DNA of 64,000 nt from an uncultured Candidatus Saccharibacteria bacterium (GTDB lineage Bacteria > Patescibacteriota > Minisyncoccia > Phycocordibacterales > PALSA-1337). The translations under genes were made by a program, and so were the position numbers. Location: NCBI GenBank assembly GCA_964358005.1, contig CAYHNH010000001.1, forward strand, positions 11,625 through 75,624, written 5' to 3'. Position 1 is the stretch's first letter, and each line of letters starts with the position of its first letter. The notes below the pieces were generated by a model. That model searched no databases and was not told the origin of the DNA. It saw only the letters and a program-made list of their open reading frames with translations. Below are positions 55,127-63,837 of the stretch, piece after piece.

Positions 55127-57580
55127 CTATGATTTTAACTCCCCCCAGTCTTTGCCGATAGAGCCCTTTGCTTCGAGCACGACGCCGTGGGTCAGCTTCG
55201 GGTCGATGATCGACCTCATGATCTTTTCGATGTCCTTGATAACCTTGTCCTCCTTGCCTTTCTTTATCTCATAGAGGAGCTCGTCATGGACCTGGAGCAA
55301 GGGATAGACATCTTTTTCCAGCTTTTCCTTGGCAATGTATTCCTGGACTCGCACCATCGCCAGCTTGATGACATCGGCTTCTGTTCCCTGTATCGGCGCG
55401 TTGATGGCCATCCTCTCCGCAGATGCACGAATAAAAGGTATCTTGGACTTTATCCCGTCGAAATAGCGGCGGCGACCGAAGAACGTCTCCGTGTAACCTC
55501 TGCGTGCCGTCTCCGCTTTGACTTCATCCAGATATTTAGCCAGCGTCGAGAATGTCTCGAAGTAATCATTGTAGAACCTCTGGGCCTCGTCACGGCTGGT
55601 GCACAGGTTTTGTTTCAAGGCCAGAACTCCCATGCCGTAGAGGATGCCGAAGTTGATGACCTTGGCTCGTCGGCGCATCTCATGATCGACTTTATCCGGA
55701 GCCACCTTGAAGACGGCAGCTGCGACAGCCCGGTGGACATCTTCTCCTCTCTTAAATATGTCTATCAGCTTCTCGTCGCCGGAAAGGAACGCGGCGATAC
55801 GCAGTTCGACTTGAGAATAGTCGAGACCAGCTAGGACGAAGCCGTCATCAGAGATAAACGCCTTGCGTATGGCGCGTCCGAGCTCGGTGCGCATCGGGAT
55901 ATTTTGCAAGCCGGGATTCTTCGTGGCCATGCGGCCGGTGACTGCGCCATTCTGGATGAATGTCGTGTGCAGGCGGTCATTCTTGTCCAAAAGCGGTGGG
56001 ATAGCGTCTATGTAGGTTCCGAGCAACTTCTGCAGTTCGCGATATTCGAATATAAGGGGAATTATCTCGTGCGAACCCCGCATCTTTTCTAGCTCCGATT
56101 CTCGGGTCGACCGCGCGCCTCCGGCAGTTTTCTTCATGTTCTTAGCGCCGAGGCCGAGCTTGTCGAACAATATACCGCCTAGCTGTTTCGGCGAATTTAT
56201 GTTGAACTCGATACCCGCCAGGGTGTATATCTTCTTCTCCAGTATAGCCACCGTCGCGTGATAATCTTTGGACAATTTTGCAAGGAGCAACCGGTCGATC
56301 TTGATCCCACGCTCGCTCATCTTATGGAGTATCGGTATGAGCGGCAGCTCTATCTCATCATATATTTTTTTGACCTGGCGCTTCTCGAGCTCCTCATAAA
56401 TAAGTTTTTTTGCTGTCTCATAATCTTCCGTGTTACCGAAATTGAGCGCATCTTCGAGCTTCGGGTCAGTCAGGTTGGAATTGACGAGCGACAGCGCGAC
56501 TAGCGTCTTCTCCAGATCTGACTGATCTATGCCGTTTCCGAAAAGAGACCCGCCTTCTGGGGCAATCTTCTTCGGGTCGGCCTTAGAAACCGGCTTTTCC
56601 TTCTCGACTAGCGGCTTGCCTTCGAGGACTTGCTTCAACCTCTGCGGCAAAGTCCGGAATTCGAGCTCATTCCAGAGCGCCGTGATCTTGTGTATGTCCA
56701 CCCCTTCCTTGAATGTCTTCTCCGGCAGTTGGAACTCGACGGGCACATCTTTCCTGATCGTCGCGAGCATCTTGCTGAACTCTGCCTCTTCCTTGTTCTC
56801 TTTGAGTAGAGCGACTATGCGCGCCTTTATTCCGGCTTTCTCAAATCTATCTTCGTGGCCGGCTTCGAGCTCTTTGTACATATCCTCGATCGTGCCGAAT
56901 GTCTGGATGAGGGTCGTCGCAGTCTTGTCGCCTATGCCCTTCACTCCGGGAATATTGTCAGATGGATCGCCGCAGAGCCCCTTGTAGTCAGGGATCAGTT
57001 CTGGGCCAAAACCATAGCGGGTATTCACGGCCTTCTCGTCATACATGATCGTGTCGCTGATGCCTTTCTTCAGGGTGTAGACCTTCACGTGCCCGTCATG
57101 GATGAGTTGCATCGTATCCATATCACCTGATGCGATGATGATATCCATGTCCGTGCGGCCCTTCAGTTGCTCGACGATCGTCCCGAGAACGTCGTCTGCC
57201 TCGAAGCCCTGCTTGTCGTATATGGGTATGTTAAAAGCAGAGAATACATCGCGCGAACGAGACATCTGGGCGATCAGAGCATCTTCGGCCTTCTTGCGTT
57301 GGGCTTTGTATTCCTTGAACACATCATGCCTGTGCGTCGGGCCTTTCACGTCATAACAGGCTACGACATAGTCGGGCTTGAGGTCGGCCACTATCTTGAG
57401 GAGCATGGTGGAGACGCCATAGAGCGCTCCTGTCGGCTCGCCTTTCGCAGTCGAGAAATCAGGCAGGGCGTGATAGGCGCGATGAAGAATAGCGTGGGCG
57501 TCGAGCAGTATTAGGCGTTTAAGCGGCTCTTTCATGAGGTTATTCGTGGGGTCCTTCATGCGACCCTTCACGTGGTCCAT
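55127..57580 (-). CDS. polA: DNA polymerase I (5-prime nuclease + polymerase domains)
   Basis: 817 aa; N-terminal 5-3 exonuclease domain, polymerase motif A (DYSQVELRIAAFLSGDE), motif B (RRRAKVINFGILYG), motif C (LQVHDELLYE). Confidence 0.95.
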   Translation of the reverse strand: MDHVKGRMKDPTNNLMKEPLKRLILLDAHAILHRAYHALPDFSTAKGEPTGALYGVSTMLLKIVADLKPDYVVACYDVKGPTHRHDVFKEYKAQRKKAEDALIAQMSRSRDVFSAFNIPIYDKQGFEADDVLGTIVEQLKGRTDMDIIIASGDMDTMQLIHDGHVKVYTLKKGISDTIMYDEKAVNTRYGFGPELIPDYKGLCGDPSDNIPGVKGIGDKTATTLIQTFGTIEDMYKELEAGHEDRFEKAGIKARIVALLKENKEEAEFSKMLATIRKDVPVEFQLPEKTFKEGVDIHKITALWNELEFRTLPQRLKQVLEGKPLVEKEKPVSKADPKKIAPEGGSLFGNGIDQSDLEKTLVALSLVNSNLTDPKLEDALNFGNTEDYETAKKLIYEELEKRQVKKIYDEIELPLIPILHKMSERGIKIDRLLLAKLSKDYHATVAILEKKIYTLAGIEFNINSPKQLGGILFDKLGLGAKNMKKTAGGARSTRESELEKMRGSHEIIPLIFEYRELQKLLGTYIDAIPPLLDKNDRLHTTFIQNGAVTGRMATKNPGLQNIPMRTELGRAIRKAFISDDGFVLAGLDYSQVELRIAAFLSGDEKLIDIFKRGEDVHRAVAAAVFKVAPDKVDHEMRRRAKVINFGILYGMGVLALKQNLCTSRDEAQRFYNDYFETFSTLAKYLDEVKAETARRGYTETFFGRRRYFDGIKSKIPFIRASAERMAINAPIQGTEADVIKLAMVRVQEYIAKEKLEKDVYPLLQVHDELLYEIKKGKEDKVIKDIEKIMRSIIDPKLTHGVVLEAKGSIGKDWGELKS

Positions 57581-57598
57581 TGTATATCATGCAACTTT

Positions 57599-57870
57599 TT
57601 ATTTCAGCGCCCTCTATTAAGGGGATGACATATAACGCCGCTCGGGGGGCGTGGGGGGGTTATCCTTCGGGTACGCCTACTATTTTTATATACAATAAAC
57701 GATAAATGTGATGCCATGCAGAAAAATTCTACCTCTAACCTGATTTACTGACGCAGCTTCCTCGCTCGTTTGTGCAGTAGGAAAGGTATAGAAGCACTTA
57801 GCACAATATTTCTCTATTATTGTAAATGAAAAAAGTTGGGCTGAAGGAAGTGTGACGCCTTCCTCCCTCC
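57599..57870. repeat. ~280-bp non-coding repeat element, copy 2 (inverted relative to copy 1 at 29251-29538)
   Basis: Reverse-complement match to copy 1 (~85-90% identity); copy 1 has an extra ~35-bp GC-rich insert near one end. Contains CC-UUCG-GG tetraloop-like hairpin on the plus strand. Confidence 0.75.
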
Positions 57871-57934
57871 CCCCTCTAATTTCAAGCCTCAACTGCGTGC
57901 GTGCGACAACATCGGGGCAACAACATCTGCGCTC

Positions 57935-58411
57935 TCAATTTAATTGTATTGTGTACACCCCCTCTCTGATCTCGGATCTCAACCAGCCGCCACCAGAGAA
58001 ATCCGCCTGCCCGAGCCCCACATTTTCTGGCCACTCGATCATCACCAGATTATGCGGATCAGCCACGACATCCTCGAACCTCAAAGCCTCCAGATCTTCA
58101 CGCTTCTCTAGCCTATACGCATCTATATGGACCAGTCTCTTGAAAATATCGTCCCTAGTCTCATAGATCTTCATGATGACAAAAGTCGGACTAGTGACGA
58201 TCTCCTCGATCCCGAGCTCCTTCGCCACCGCCTTCACAAAGGCCGTCTTGCCTGCCCCCAGGTGGCCGCTTAGGCCCGCCACAAAAGCTCCGCCTGTTTC
58301 GCTGGCAGTCACCCGCCCTTCTGACACCTGCGCCAGCCATTCAGCGGCTATGCTGGCCGTATCTTCAAGCGAACGCGACTCCATGTATTTCATGAGCGAA
58401 TCATACATCAT
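57935..58411 (-). CDS. tsaE: tRNA threonylcarbamoyladenosine biosynthesis protein TsaE (YjeE ATPase)
   Basis: Walker A GHLGAGKTAFVK and TsaE pattern (IVTSPTFVIMKIYE); start set at MMYDSLMKYMES; the longer ORF-track N-terminus lies in a different gene region. Confidence 0.85.
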   Translation of the reverse strand: MMYDSLMKYMESRSLEDTASIAAEWLAQVSEGRVTASETGGAFVAGLSGHLGAGKTAFVKAVAKELGIEEIVTSPTFVIMKIYETRDDIFKRLVHIDAYRLEKREDLEALRFEDVVADPHNLVMIEWPENVGLGQADFSGGGWLRSEIREGVYTIQLN

Positions 58412-58431
58412 GGCCTTAAAAACAAAAAACC

Positions 58432-58458
58432 GCGGGGTCGAACCGCGGCAGTAACAGA
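58432..58458 (-). terminator. rho-independent terminator after the small lipoprotein gene
   Basis: Minus strand CCGCGG-ttcgacc-CCGCGG followed by TTTTTTGTTTTT. Confidence 0.55.
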
Positions 58459-58475
58459 TCCAAGCTCGGAGCAGA

Positions 58476-58733
58476 TCAGCGGCGTGAGTGGCGCGCTGGC
58501 TGATGATGCGGGCTCCCGCCGTGATGGCCACGGTAGCCATTGCCCCCGAAGTAGGTAGGCCACCAGTAGTAGCCGCTGTAACCCGACCAGTATCCCGAGT
58601 AAGACGGCGCGTAATAACCTTGATACACCGGCACCGGAATGATGACGCGGTATCCGCCGCCCGGGTAGACCACACAGCCACCGAGCACGAACATTGCAAT
58701 GAGCAAGCAAACTCGAACAGCATTAGTTTTCAT
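58476..58733 (-). CDS. small Gly/Tyr/Trp-rich putative lipoprotein (85 aa)
   Basis: Signal peptide + lipobox (MKTNAVRVCLLIAMFVLGGC) then YSGYWSGYSGYYWWPTYFGGNGYRGHHGG; candidate TTGCGC-17-TATAAC promoter upstream; terminator downstream. Confidence 0.5.
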   Translation of the reverse strand: MKTNAVRVCLLIAMFVLGGCVVYPGGGYRVIIPVPVYQGYYAPSYSGYWSGYSGYYWWPTYFGGNGYRGHHGGSPHHQPARHSRR

Positions 58734-58795
58734 AGAGGGAATTCAATCTTGTTATACACCCGCCCTATATATGGCGCAAGTGCCTCTGGTATATT

Positions 58796-58870
58796 CGCTT
58801 CGCTCATATATCAACTGCGCTCGGACGTTGCGCCAGCAAGCTGTTGCACGTCCTCGCTTGTTGCTATAAT
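58796..58870 (+). promoter_or_regulatory. conserved ~75-bp promoter module, copy B (upstream of pilB), extended -10 TGcTATAAT
   Basis: cgcttcgctcatatatcaactgcgctcggacgttgcgccagcaagctgttgcacgtcctcgcttgttgctataat; -10 ends 13 nt before the pilB ATG. Confidence 0.55.
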
Positions 58871-58883
58871 CAAACCGACATTC

Positions 58884-60557
58884 ATGACCATTCATTTCGA
58901 CGAGGACAAACAGAACCAGAAGCTCAACGATCTCATACACCGTGAGGAAGAGGACCTCGTACAGCTCCTATCAGGAAAATACGGCATAGACTATGTGAAC
59001 CTACAGCTCTCGAACGTCAACACCGACGCCTTGCGCCTCATAGACGAAAAGACCGCCCGCGAGGTCAAAGTCGCGGCCTATGCCCTGCAGGACAAGAAGG
59101 TCAAGATAGGCGCCCGCAACCCAGACGACCCCAAGGTAAAGGCCCTCGTCGACGACCTCACCTCCAAGAGTTATAAACCGGAGATATCTATAGTCTCCAC
59201 TCAGAGCCTAGAGAAAGCCTGGAAGGCCTACAAGGACCTCTCCTTCGCCTACGAATCCCGCGGTGGCTCTCTCGAGATAGCGAGCGATGAGATAGCGAAC
59301 ATCATAAGCACCGCGCAGAGCCTCCCTGTCATCGTCTCCATTCTGGAAAATACGCTCAAAGGCAATAAGATGTACCGCGTATCGCGCATCCTGGAAACCA
59401 TGCTGGCCGGCGCACTGGCCATCGATGCCTCAGACGTGCACCTTGAGCCAGAGGAAGAATACATACGCCTCCGCTACCGCCTCGATGGCGTGCTCCATGA
59501 AGTCATCCGTTTCGACACGGAGACATATAACCTCGTCTTGTCCCGAATCAAGCTCATCTCGGGAATGAAGCTGAACATAAAGAAGGATTCCCAGGATGGT
59601 CGTTTCAGCATCCATCTTCCCATCGGAGAGATCGAGGTTCGCGTCTCCATCCTGCCCGGGGCGTATAACGAATCCATCGTGATGAGGCTCCTCAATCCGA
59701 AGTCCATAAATGTTCCCCTGGAGAGCCTCGGCATCCCGCCGAAACTCCTAGACATTCTCCTCAAGGAGATGAACAGACCAGACGGCATGATCCTGACTAC
59801 TGGTCCTACAGGATCCGGAAAGACGACCACCTTGTATGCATTCTTGAAAAAAGTGCACAGCCCCGACGTGAAGATCATAACCATCGAAGATCCCATCGAA
59901 TATCATCTGCCCGGTATAGTGCAGACCCAGGTCAACGACAAAGGATACAACTTCGTCGAGGGCCTCCGCGCTGCCGTCCGTCAGGATCCGGACATCATAA
60001 TGATCGGTGAGATTCGAGACGGCGAGACGGCGGCCATCGCCGTCAATTCCGCGCTCACTGGCCACCTAGTCTTCTCCACATTGCACACCAATGACGCCGC
60101 CGGAACATTCCCCCGTCTCATAGATCTGGGCGTCAGTCAGACTATCATTCCGTCAGCCTTACGCGTCTCTATGGCTCAGCGCCTCGTCAGGAAATTGTGT
60201 CCCGTCTGCAGGAAAGAAGCCCCGGTAGAAGGAGCCATCTTGGCGGAGATCCAGAAAACTCTCGACACCATAGAGGACAAGGCCCTTGTTACGACAGGTC
60301 CCATGAAGATGTGGCTGCCTGTCGGATGCGAGAAATGCAACAAGACCGGCTACAAAGGCCGTGTAGGCATATATGAAGCCATATTAATGAACCAAAATAT
60401 CGAGAAAGCAGTCCAGACGGGCTCGAGCGACCGCGAGATCTGGCAGGCTGCGATAGGACAAGGCCTGCTCACCATGAAACAGGACGGTGTATTGAAAGTG
60501 CTTTCAGGAATTACTTCTATCGAGGAGCTCGAGCGCGTAATTGCAGTTGGTGATTAG
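58884..60557 (+). CDS. pilB: type IV pilus assembly ATPase PilB (GspE family)
   Basis: Start set at MTIHFDEDKQ downstream of the promoter module; N-terminal GSPII-like domain, Walker A TTGPTGSGKTTTL, Walker B/His box, CxxC...CxxC tetracysteine motif. Confidence 0.9.
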   Translation: MTIHFDEDKQNQKLNDLIHREEEDLVQLLSGKYGIDYVNLQLSNVNTDALRLIDEKTAREVKVAAYALQDKKVKIGARNPDDPKVKALVDDLTSKSYKPEISIVSTQSLEKAWKAYKDLSFAYESRGGSLEIASDEIANIISTAQSLPVIVSILENTLKGNKMYRVSRILETMLAGALAIDASDVHLEPEEEYIRLRYRLDGVLHEVIRFDTETYNLVLSRIKLISGMKLNIKKDSQDGRFSIHLPIGEIEVRVSILPGAYNESIVMRLLNPKSINVPLESLGIPPKLLDILLKEMNRPDGMILTTGPTGSGKTTTLYAFLKKVHSPDVKIITIEDPIEYHLPGIVQTQVNDKGYNFVEGLRAAVRQDPDIIMIGEIRDGETAAIAVNSALTGHLVFSTLHTNDAAGTFPRLIDLGVSQTIIPSALRVSMAQRLVRKLCPVCRKEAPVEGAILAEIQKTLDTIEDKALVTTGPMKMWLPVGCEKCNKTGYKGRVGIYEAILMNQNIEKAVQTGSSDREIWQAAIGQGLLTMKQDGVLKVLSGITSIEELERVIAVGD

Positions 60558-60843
60558 TTGTGTTCTAACTAAAATATCCCCAAAAAGCAATTGCATTTTA
60601 GGGGGCAGTAAGTAGGATGAATTCAGAAGAGGAATCGAGCGCGTAAATCTCTAAGCAAAATCTCTCGGCGTGACGCCAAGAGCGAGGTAAAGTCCCGAGG
60701 ATAATTTCAGTAAGCGACACCGAAGCGTCGGAACCAACATGTCCTTAGCACTTTACCCAAACCTCGGAAGGCCTTTGCTTAGAGGTTTTCGGGCTCGAAC
60801 GAACTGTATGTAGTCACGGAAAGTCTAGCATAAAGATATAGAT

Positions 60844-61854
60844 ATGTCAAGAACCGCTCAAAAGCCCAAAACCGAGGAAAAGGAGGCTGGCTTCCTTGAT
60901 CAAACCCTGCGGCCGGACCATTGGGACGAATACATAGGCCAGAAGAACATAAAAGATAACCTCCACATCCTCCTTCGAGCTGCCAAGGAACGCAATCATC
61001 CACCCGAGCATATCCTATTCTACGGCCCTCCTGGGCTGGGAAAGACGACTCTCGCCCATCTCATAGCCAAGGAAACGGGTTCGCAGATGAAGGTGACCTC
61101 GGGGCCAGCCATCATGAAAGTCGGCGATCTGGCCTCGGTCCTTACCAACCTCTCACCTGGGGACATCCTGTTCATAGACGAGGTGCACCGCCTGAACAAA
61201 GCGATCGAAGAAGTGCTCTACCCCGCCATGGAATCCGGCAAGCTCGACATCATCATTGGCAAAGGCCCATCAGCGCGAACGATCCAGCTAGACCTCCCCC
61301 CATTTACGCTCATAGCCGCAACGACGAGAGTGGCGATGATCTCTTCCCCGCTTAGATCGCGCTTTTCCGGAGGGGTATTTAAGCTCGAATTCTACTCTGA
61401 TAAAGAGATCGGCGACATTGTCCGCAGATCATCAAAGATCCTGGGTGTCTCTATAGATGATGACGCTGTAAATGAGATTGCCTGTCGCTCCAGGTTCACA
61501 CCTCGCACCGCCAACTACCACTTGAAGCGCTGTCGTGATTACGCACAGATAAATAAGACTGACTTGACGAAGGGCTCCGTCGACAAGGCCCTTGCTATGC
61601 TGGGAGTGGACTCGCTCGGGCTCACATCGGCAGACAGAGACATCCTCAAGACTTTGATACACAAATTCGGCGGCGGACCTGTGGGTCTAAGCACCATCGC
61701 TGCTGCCCTCTCGGAGGAACAGGCCACAATAGATGAAGTATACGAACCTTATTTGATCCAACTCGGTCTGCTCGAGAGGACGCCGCGAGGAAGGACGGTC
61801 ACAGACAAGGCCTATGCTCATCTGGGCGAGAAAGGCGCGGCGAAGCTTTTATAA
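60844..61854 (+). CDS. ruvB: Holliday junction DNA helicase RuvB
   Basis: AAA+ Walker [12 protein letters not shown], RuvB N-terminus ([19 protein letters not shown]), sensor and winged-helix regions. Confidence 0.95.
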   Translation: MSRTAQKPKTEEKEAGFLDQTLRPDHWDEYIGQKNIKDNLHILLRAAKERNHPPEHILFYGPPGLGKTTLAHLIAKETGSQMKVTSGPAIMKVGDLASVLTNLSPGDILFIDEVHRLNKAIEEVLYPAMESGKLDIIIGKGPSARTIQLDLPPFTLIAATTRVAMISSPLRSRFSGGVFKLEFYSDKEIGDIVRRSSKILGVSIDDDAVNEIACRSRFTPRTANYHLKRCRDYAQINKTDLTKGSVDKALAMLGVDSLGLTSADRDILKTLIHKFGGGPVGLSTIAAALSEEQATIDEVYEPYLIQLGLLERTPRGRTVTDKAYAHLGEKGAAKLL

Positions 61855-61867
61855 GGACGGACAAAAA

Positions 61868-61925
61868 AAGACGGAGGAGAGTCAGGGCGCTTGCGGCGCT
61901 CTTTCTCTTCTCCGTCCTCGAGTCC
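61868..61925 (-). terminator. long hairpin + T-run terminator for the lipoprotein gene
   Basis: Minus strand GACGGAGAAGAGA...TCTCCTCCGTC followed by TTTTTTT. Confidence 0.5.
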
Positions 61926-61944
61926 CGCGCGCCGAGGCGTGAGA

Positions 61945-62616
61945 CTATGGCTTGGCAGGAGTGCTGATCGGGCCTAGGACCGGCGCGCTGACGATGCTCC
62001 GCTTAGGGAGCGGGATCATGGGATCAGGTCCGGGAACCCCAGGAGTGACCGGGGTCCCCCCGTGAATGGAACACTGCACCTGACCCGGATACCAGGTGAT
62101 GGGCTGCTTGATGTAGCCCTTGCAATCCCCATTGTCATCAATGATGAGGACGTAGACATCGGTCTGCGGCCCCATCCCGGGATCATTCAACTGATAGCTG
62201 CCACCAGGAGAGACTGACGCGATGCCAAACTCCACTTTGTCTTCATCGATCGAAGCGATCACGCCGTCTCCAATCTGGAAGACCAGTCGCTCCAGCCGTT
62301 GGTTGATGAAGAGCACGCTTCCTCCGGAGGTTTTGACGCCTTCAGCAGGCCGCGGCAGGAGCAGGTTGTTGAAGACCGACCACTCCTTGAGGGGCGGACG
62401 ATCCGTCATCCGCACCTTGACGAGGTTGCCGATGCGCGTGCTGATGGGCGGCAGCTTCGGCGCCGGATTGGCCGGTGGGGTCACGACGCTAACCGGGGGT
62501 GCTGGGGGCGGAGGCGGCGGAACATTCGAGGAGTTGCGCCGAGGCAGGAGCGAACAGCCAGTCGAAGCCACGAGGACTCCGACGGCGATGAGGACACTGA
62601 CGAGTTTCGAGTGCAT
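61945..62616 (-). CDS. hypothetical lipoprotein with Pro-rich linker
   Basis: Signal peptide + lipobox (MHSKLVSVLIAVGVLVASTGC), PPPPPPAPPVSVVTPPANP linker, C-terminal beta-rich domain; GC-rich. Confidence 0.55.
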   Translation of the reverse strand: MHSKLVSVLIAVGVLVASTGCSLLPRRNSSNVPPPPPPAPPVSVVTPPANPAPKLPPISTRIGNLVKVRMTDRPPLKEWSVFNNLLLPRPAEGVKTSGGSVLFINQRLERLVFQIGDGVIASIDEDKVEFGIASVSPGGSYQLNDPGMGPQTDVYVLIIDDNGDCKGYIKQPITWYPGQVQCSIHGGTPVTPGVPGPDPMIPLPKRSIVSAPVLGPISTPAKP

Positions 62617-62743
62617 AGGGAAAACTTTTCGGTTTGAAATGTGCGACACACTGACGTTTGCGACGTTACCACGACTTTAATGTGTAGTCAACCCTGTGTT
62701 GTAATGCGTGAGACAGCTCCGTCGCCTGGTGTATAATTGCTTC

Positions 62744-63274
62744 ATGTCAGGACACAATAAATTCTCAAAGATAAAGCATATCAAGGCCAAGAATGACGCC
62801 CAGAAGAGCAAGTCGTACGGAAAACTAGTGCGCCTCATCACCATGGAGGCAAAGAAAGCCGGTGGCAACCTCAACTCCCCTGGCTTGGTGACAGCCATCG
62901 AAAAAGCCCGCGAGGAGAATATGCCCAACGACACCATTGATCGTGCCGTAAAAAAGGCGACCACAGATAACAGCGCGGCGATGGAGTCCGTCGTGTACGA
63001 AGCATATGGTCCAGGCGGCATAGCCATCCTCATCGAGGCGCTCACGGATAACAGGAACAAGGCGGCACAAGAGATAAAGCACATCCTATCCATGCATGAT
63101 ATCGCCCTAGCGGCGCCAGGCAGCGCTTCCTGGGCCTTTCAGAAAGAAGGCACCGGATGGAAGCCGACCTCGACTATGCCGCTCGAGGATGCCGACGTCG
63201 AGAAACTCTCTGCCCTCGTTGCCGCCCTTGAGGAGAACGATGAGATCCAAGAGGTTTTTACAAACACCGAATAA
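62744..63274 (+). CDS. yebC: YebC/PmpR-family transcriptional regulator (short form)
   Basis: MSGHNKFSKIKHIKAKNDAQKSK N-terminus typical of YebC; directly upstream of ruvC. Confidence 0.85.
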   Translation: MSGHNKFSKIKHIKAKNDAQKSKSYGKLVRLITMEAKKAGGNLNSPGLVTAIEKAREENMPNDTIDRAVKKATTDNSAAMESVVYEAYGPGGIAILIEALTDNRNKAAQEIKHILSMHDIALAAPGSASWAFQKEGTGWKPTSTMPLEDADVEKLSALVAALEENDEIQEVFTNTE

Positions 63275-63747
63275 TGAGGATCATCGGCATCGACCCTGGC
63301 TATGACCGTCTGGGCATAGCCGTCATAGAAAAACCAAAAAAAGGCAAGGAGGTCCTGTTGTATTCTGACTGTTTCAAAACCCCGGCAAAAGACACTATCT
63401 ACTCAAGGCTACATTCCATAGGGCAAGAGATAGCTCGAGTGCTGGATGAATTCAAGCCTGATGAGCTCGCTATCGAAAACCTTTTTATAACCAAGAATCA
63501 AAAAACGGCCATGCGAGTAGCCGAAGCCCGCGGGATCATCATCTATGAGGCCGAGAGGCGAGATTTAACGATAAAAGAGTACACACCGATGCAAATAAAG
63601 CTGGCTGTGACCGGTGATGGCACGAGCGATAAGCTGCGCATGACCAAGATGGTGAGACTGCTCATAGAGGTGCCTGACAAACAGATGATCGACGACGAAT
63701 ACGACGCCATTGCCATAGCGCTGGCGCATTCTGCGATGAGGCACTGA
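63274..63747 (+). CDS. ruvC: crossover junction endodeoxyribonuclease RuvC
   Basis: MRIIGIDPGYDRLGIAVIE N-terminus (RNase H-like fold), 157 aa. Confidence 0.9.
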   Translation: MRIIGIDPGYDRLGIAVIEKPKKGKEVLLYSDCFKTPAKDTIYSRLHSIGQEIARVLDEFKPDELAIENLFITKNQKTAMRVAEARGIIIYEAERRDLTIKEYTPMQIKLAVTGDGTSDKLRMTKMVRLLIEVPDKQMIDDEYDAIAIALAHSAMRH

Positions 63748-63837
63748 ATTATCCCCAGCGCCAACTTGTTGCAAAAAATCCCTGCCCCTGTTACAAAATA
63801 GGACAATTAGCAATTAAAGGGGGAGCATGCCGCATAC

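Noticed and set aside
29251-57870. The 28-kb segment between the inverted repeats as a mobile element or prophage
   Set aside because: It consists of core genes (queA, ilvC, tRNAs, rplS, pil genes, ruvA, murE, mutM, polA) with no integrase or phage genes; the repeats are better explained as dispersed intergenic elements.
58412-58723. N-terminal extension of tsaE (MLFEFACSLQCSCS...)
   Set aside because: The TsaE family N-terminus starts at MMYDSLMKY; the upstream part overlaps a separate-frame lipoprotein gene and its terminator.
58488-58883. 132-codon N-terminal extension of pilB in the ORF track
   Set aside because: It runs through the duplicated promoter module and the TGcTATAAT -10; the PilB-like sequence starts at MTIHFDEDKQ (58884).
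62677-63093. Minus-strand ORF (138 aa) antisense to yebC
   Set aside because: Overlaps a confidently identified YebC gene on the opposite strand; shadow ORF.
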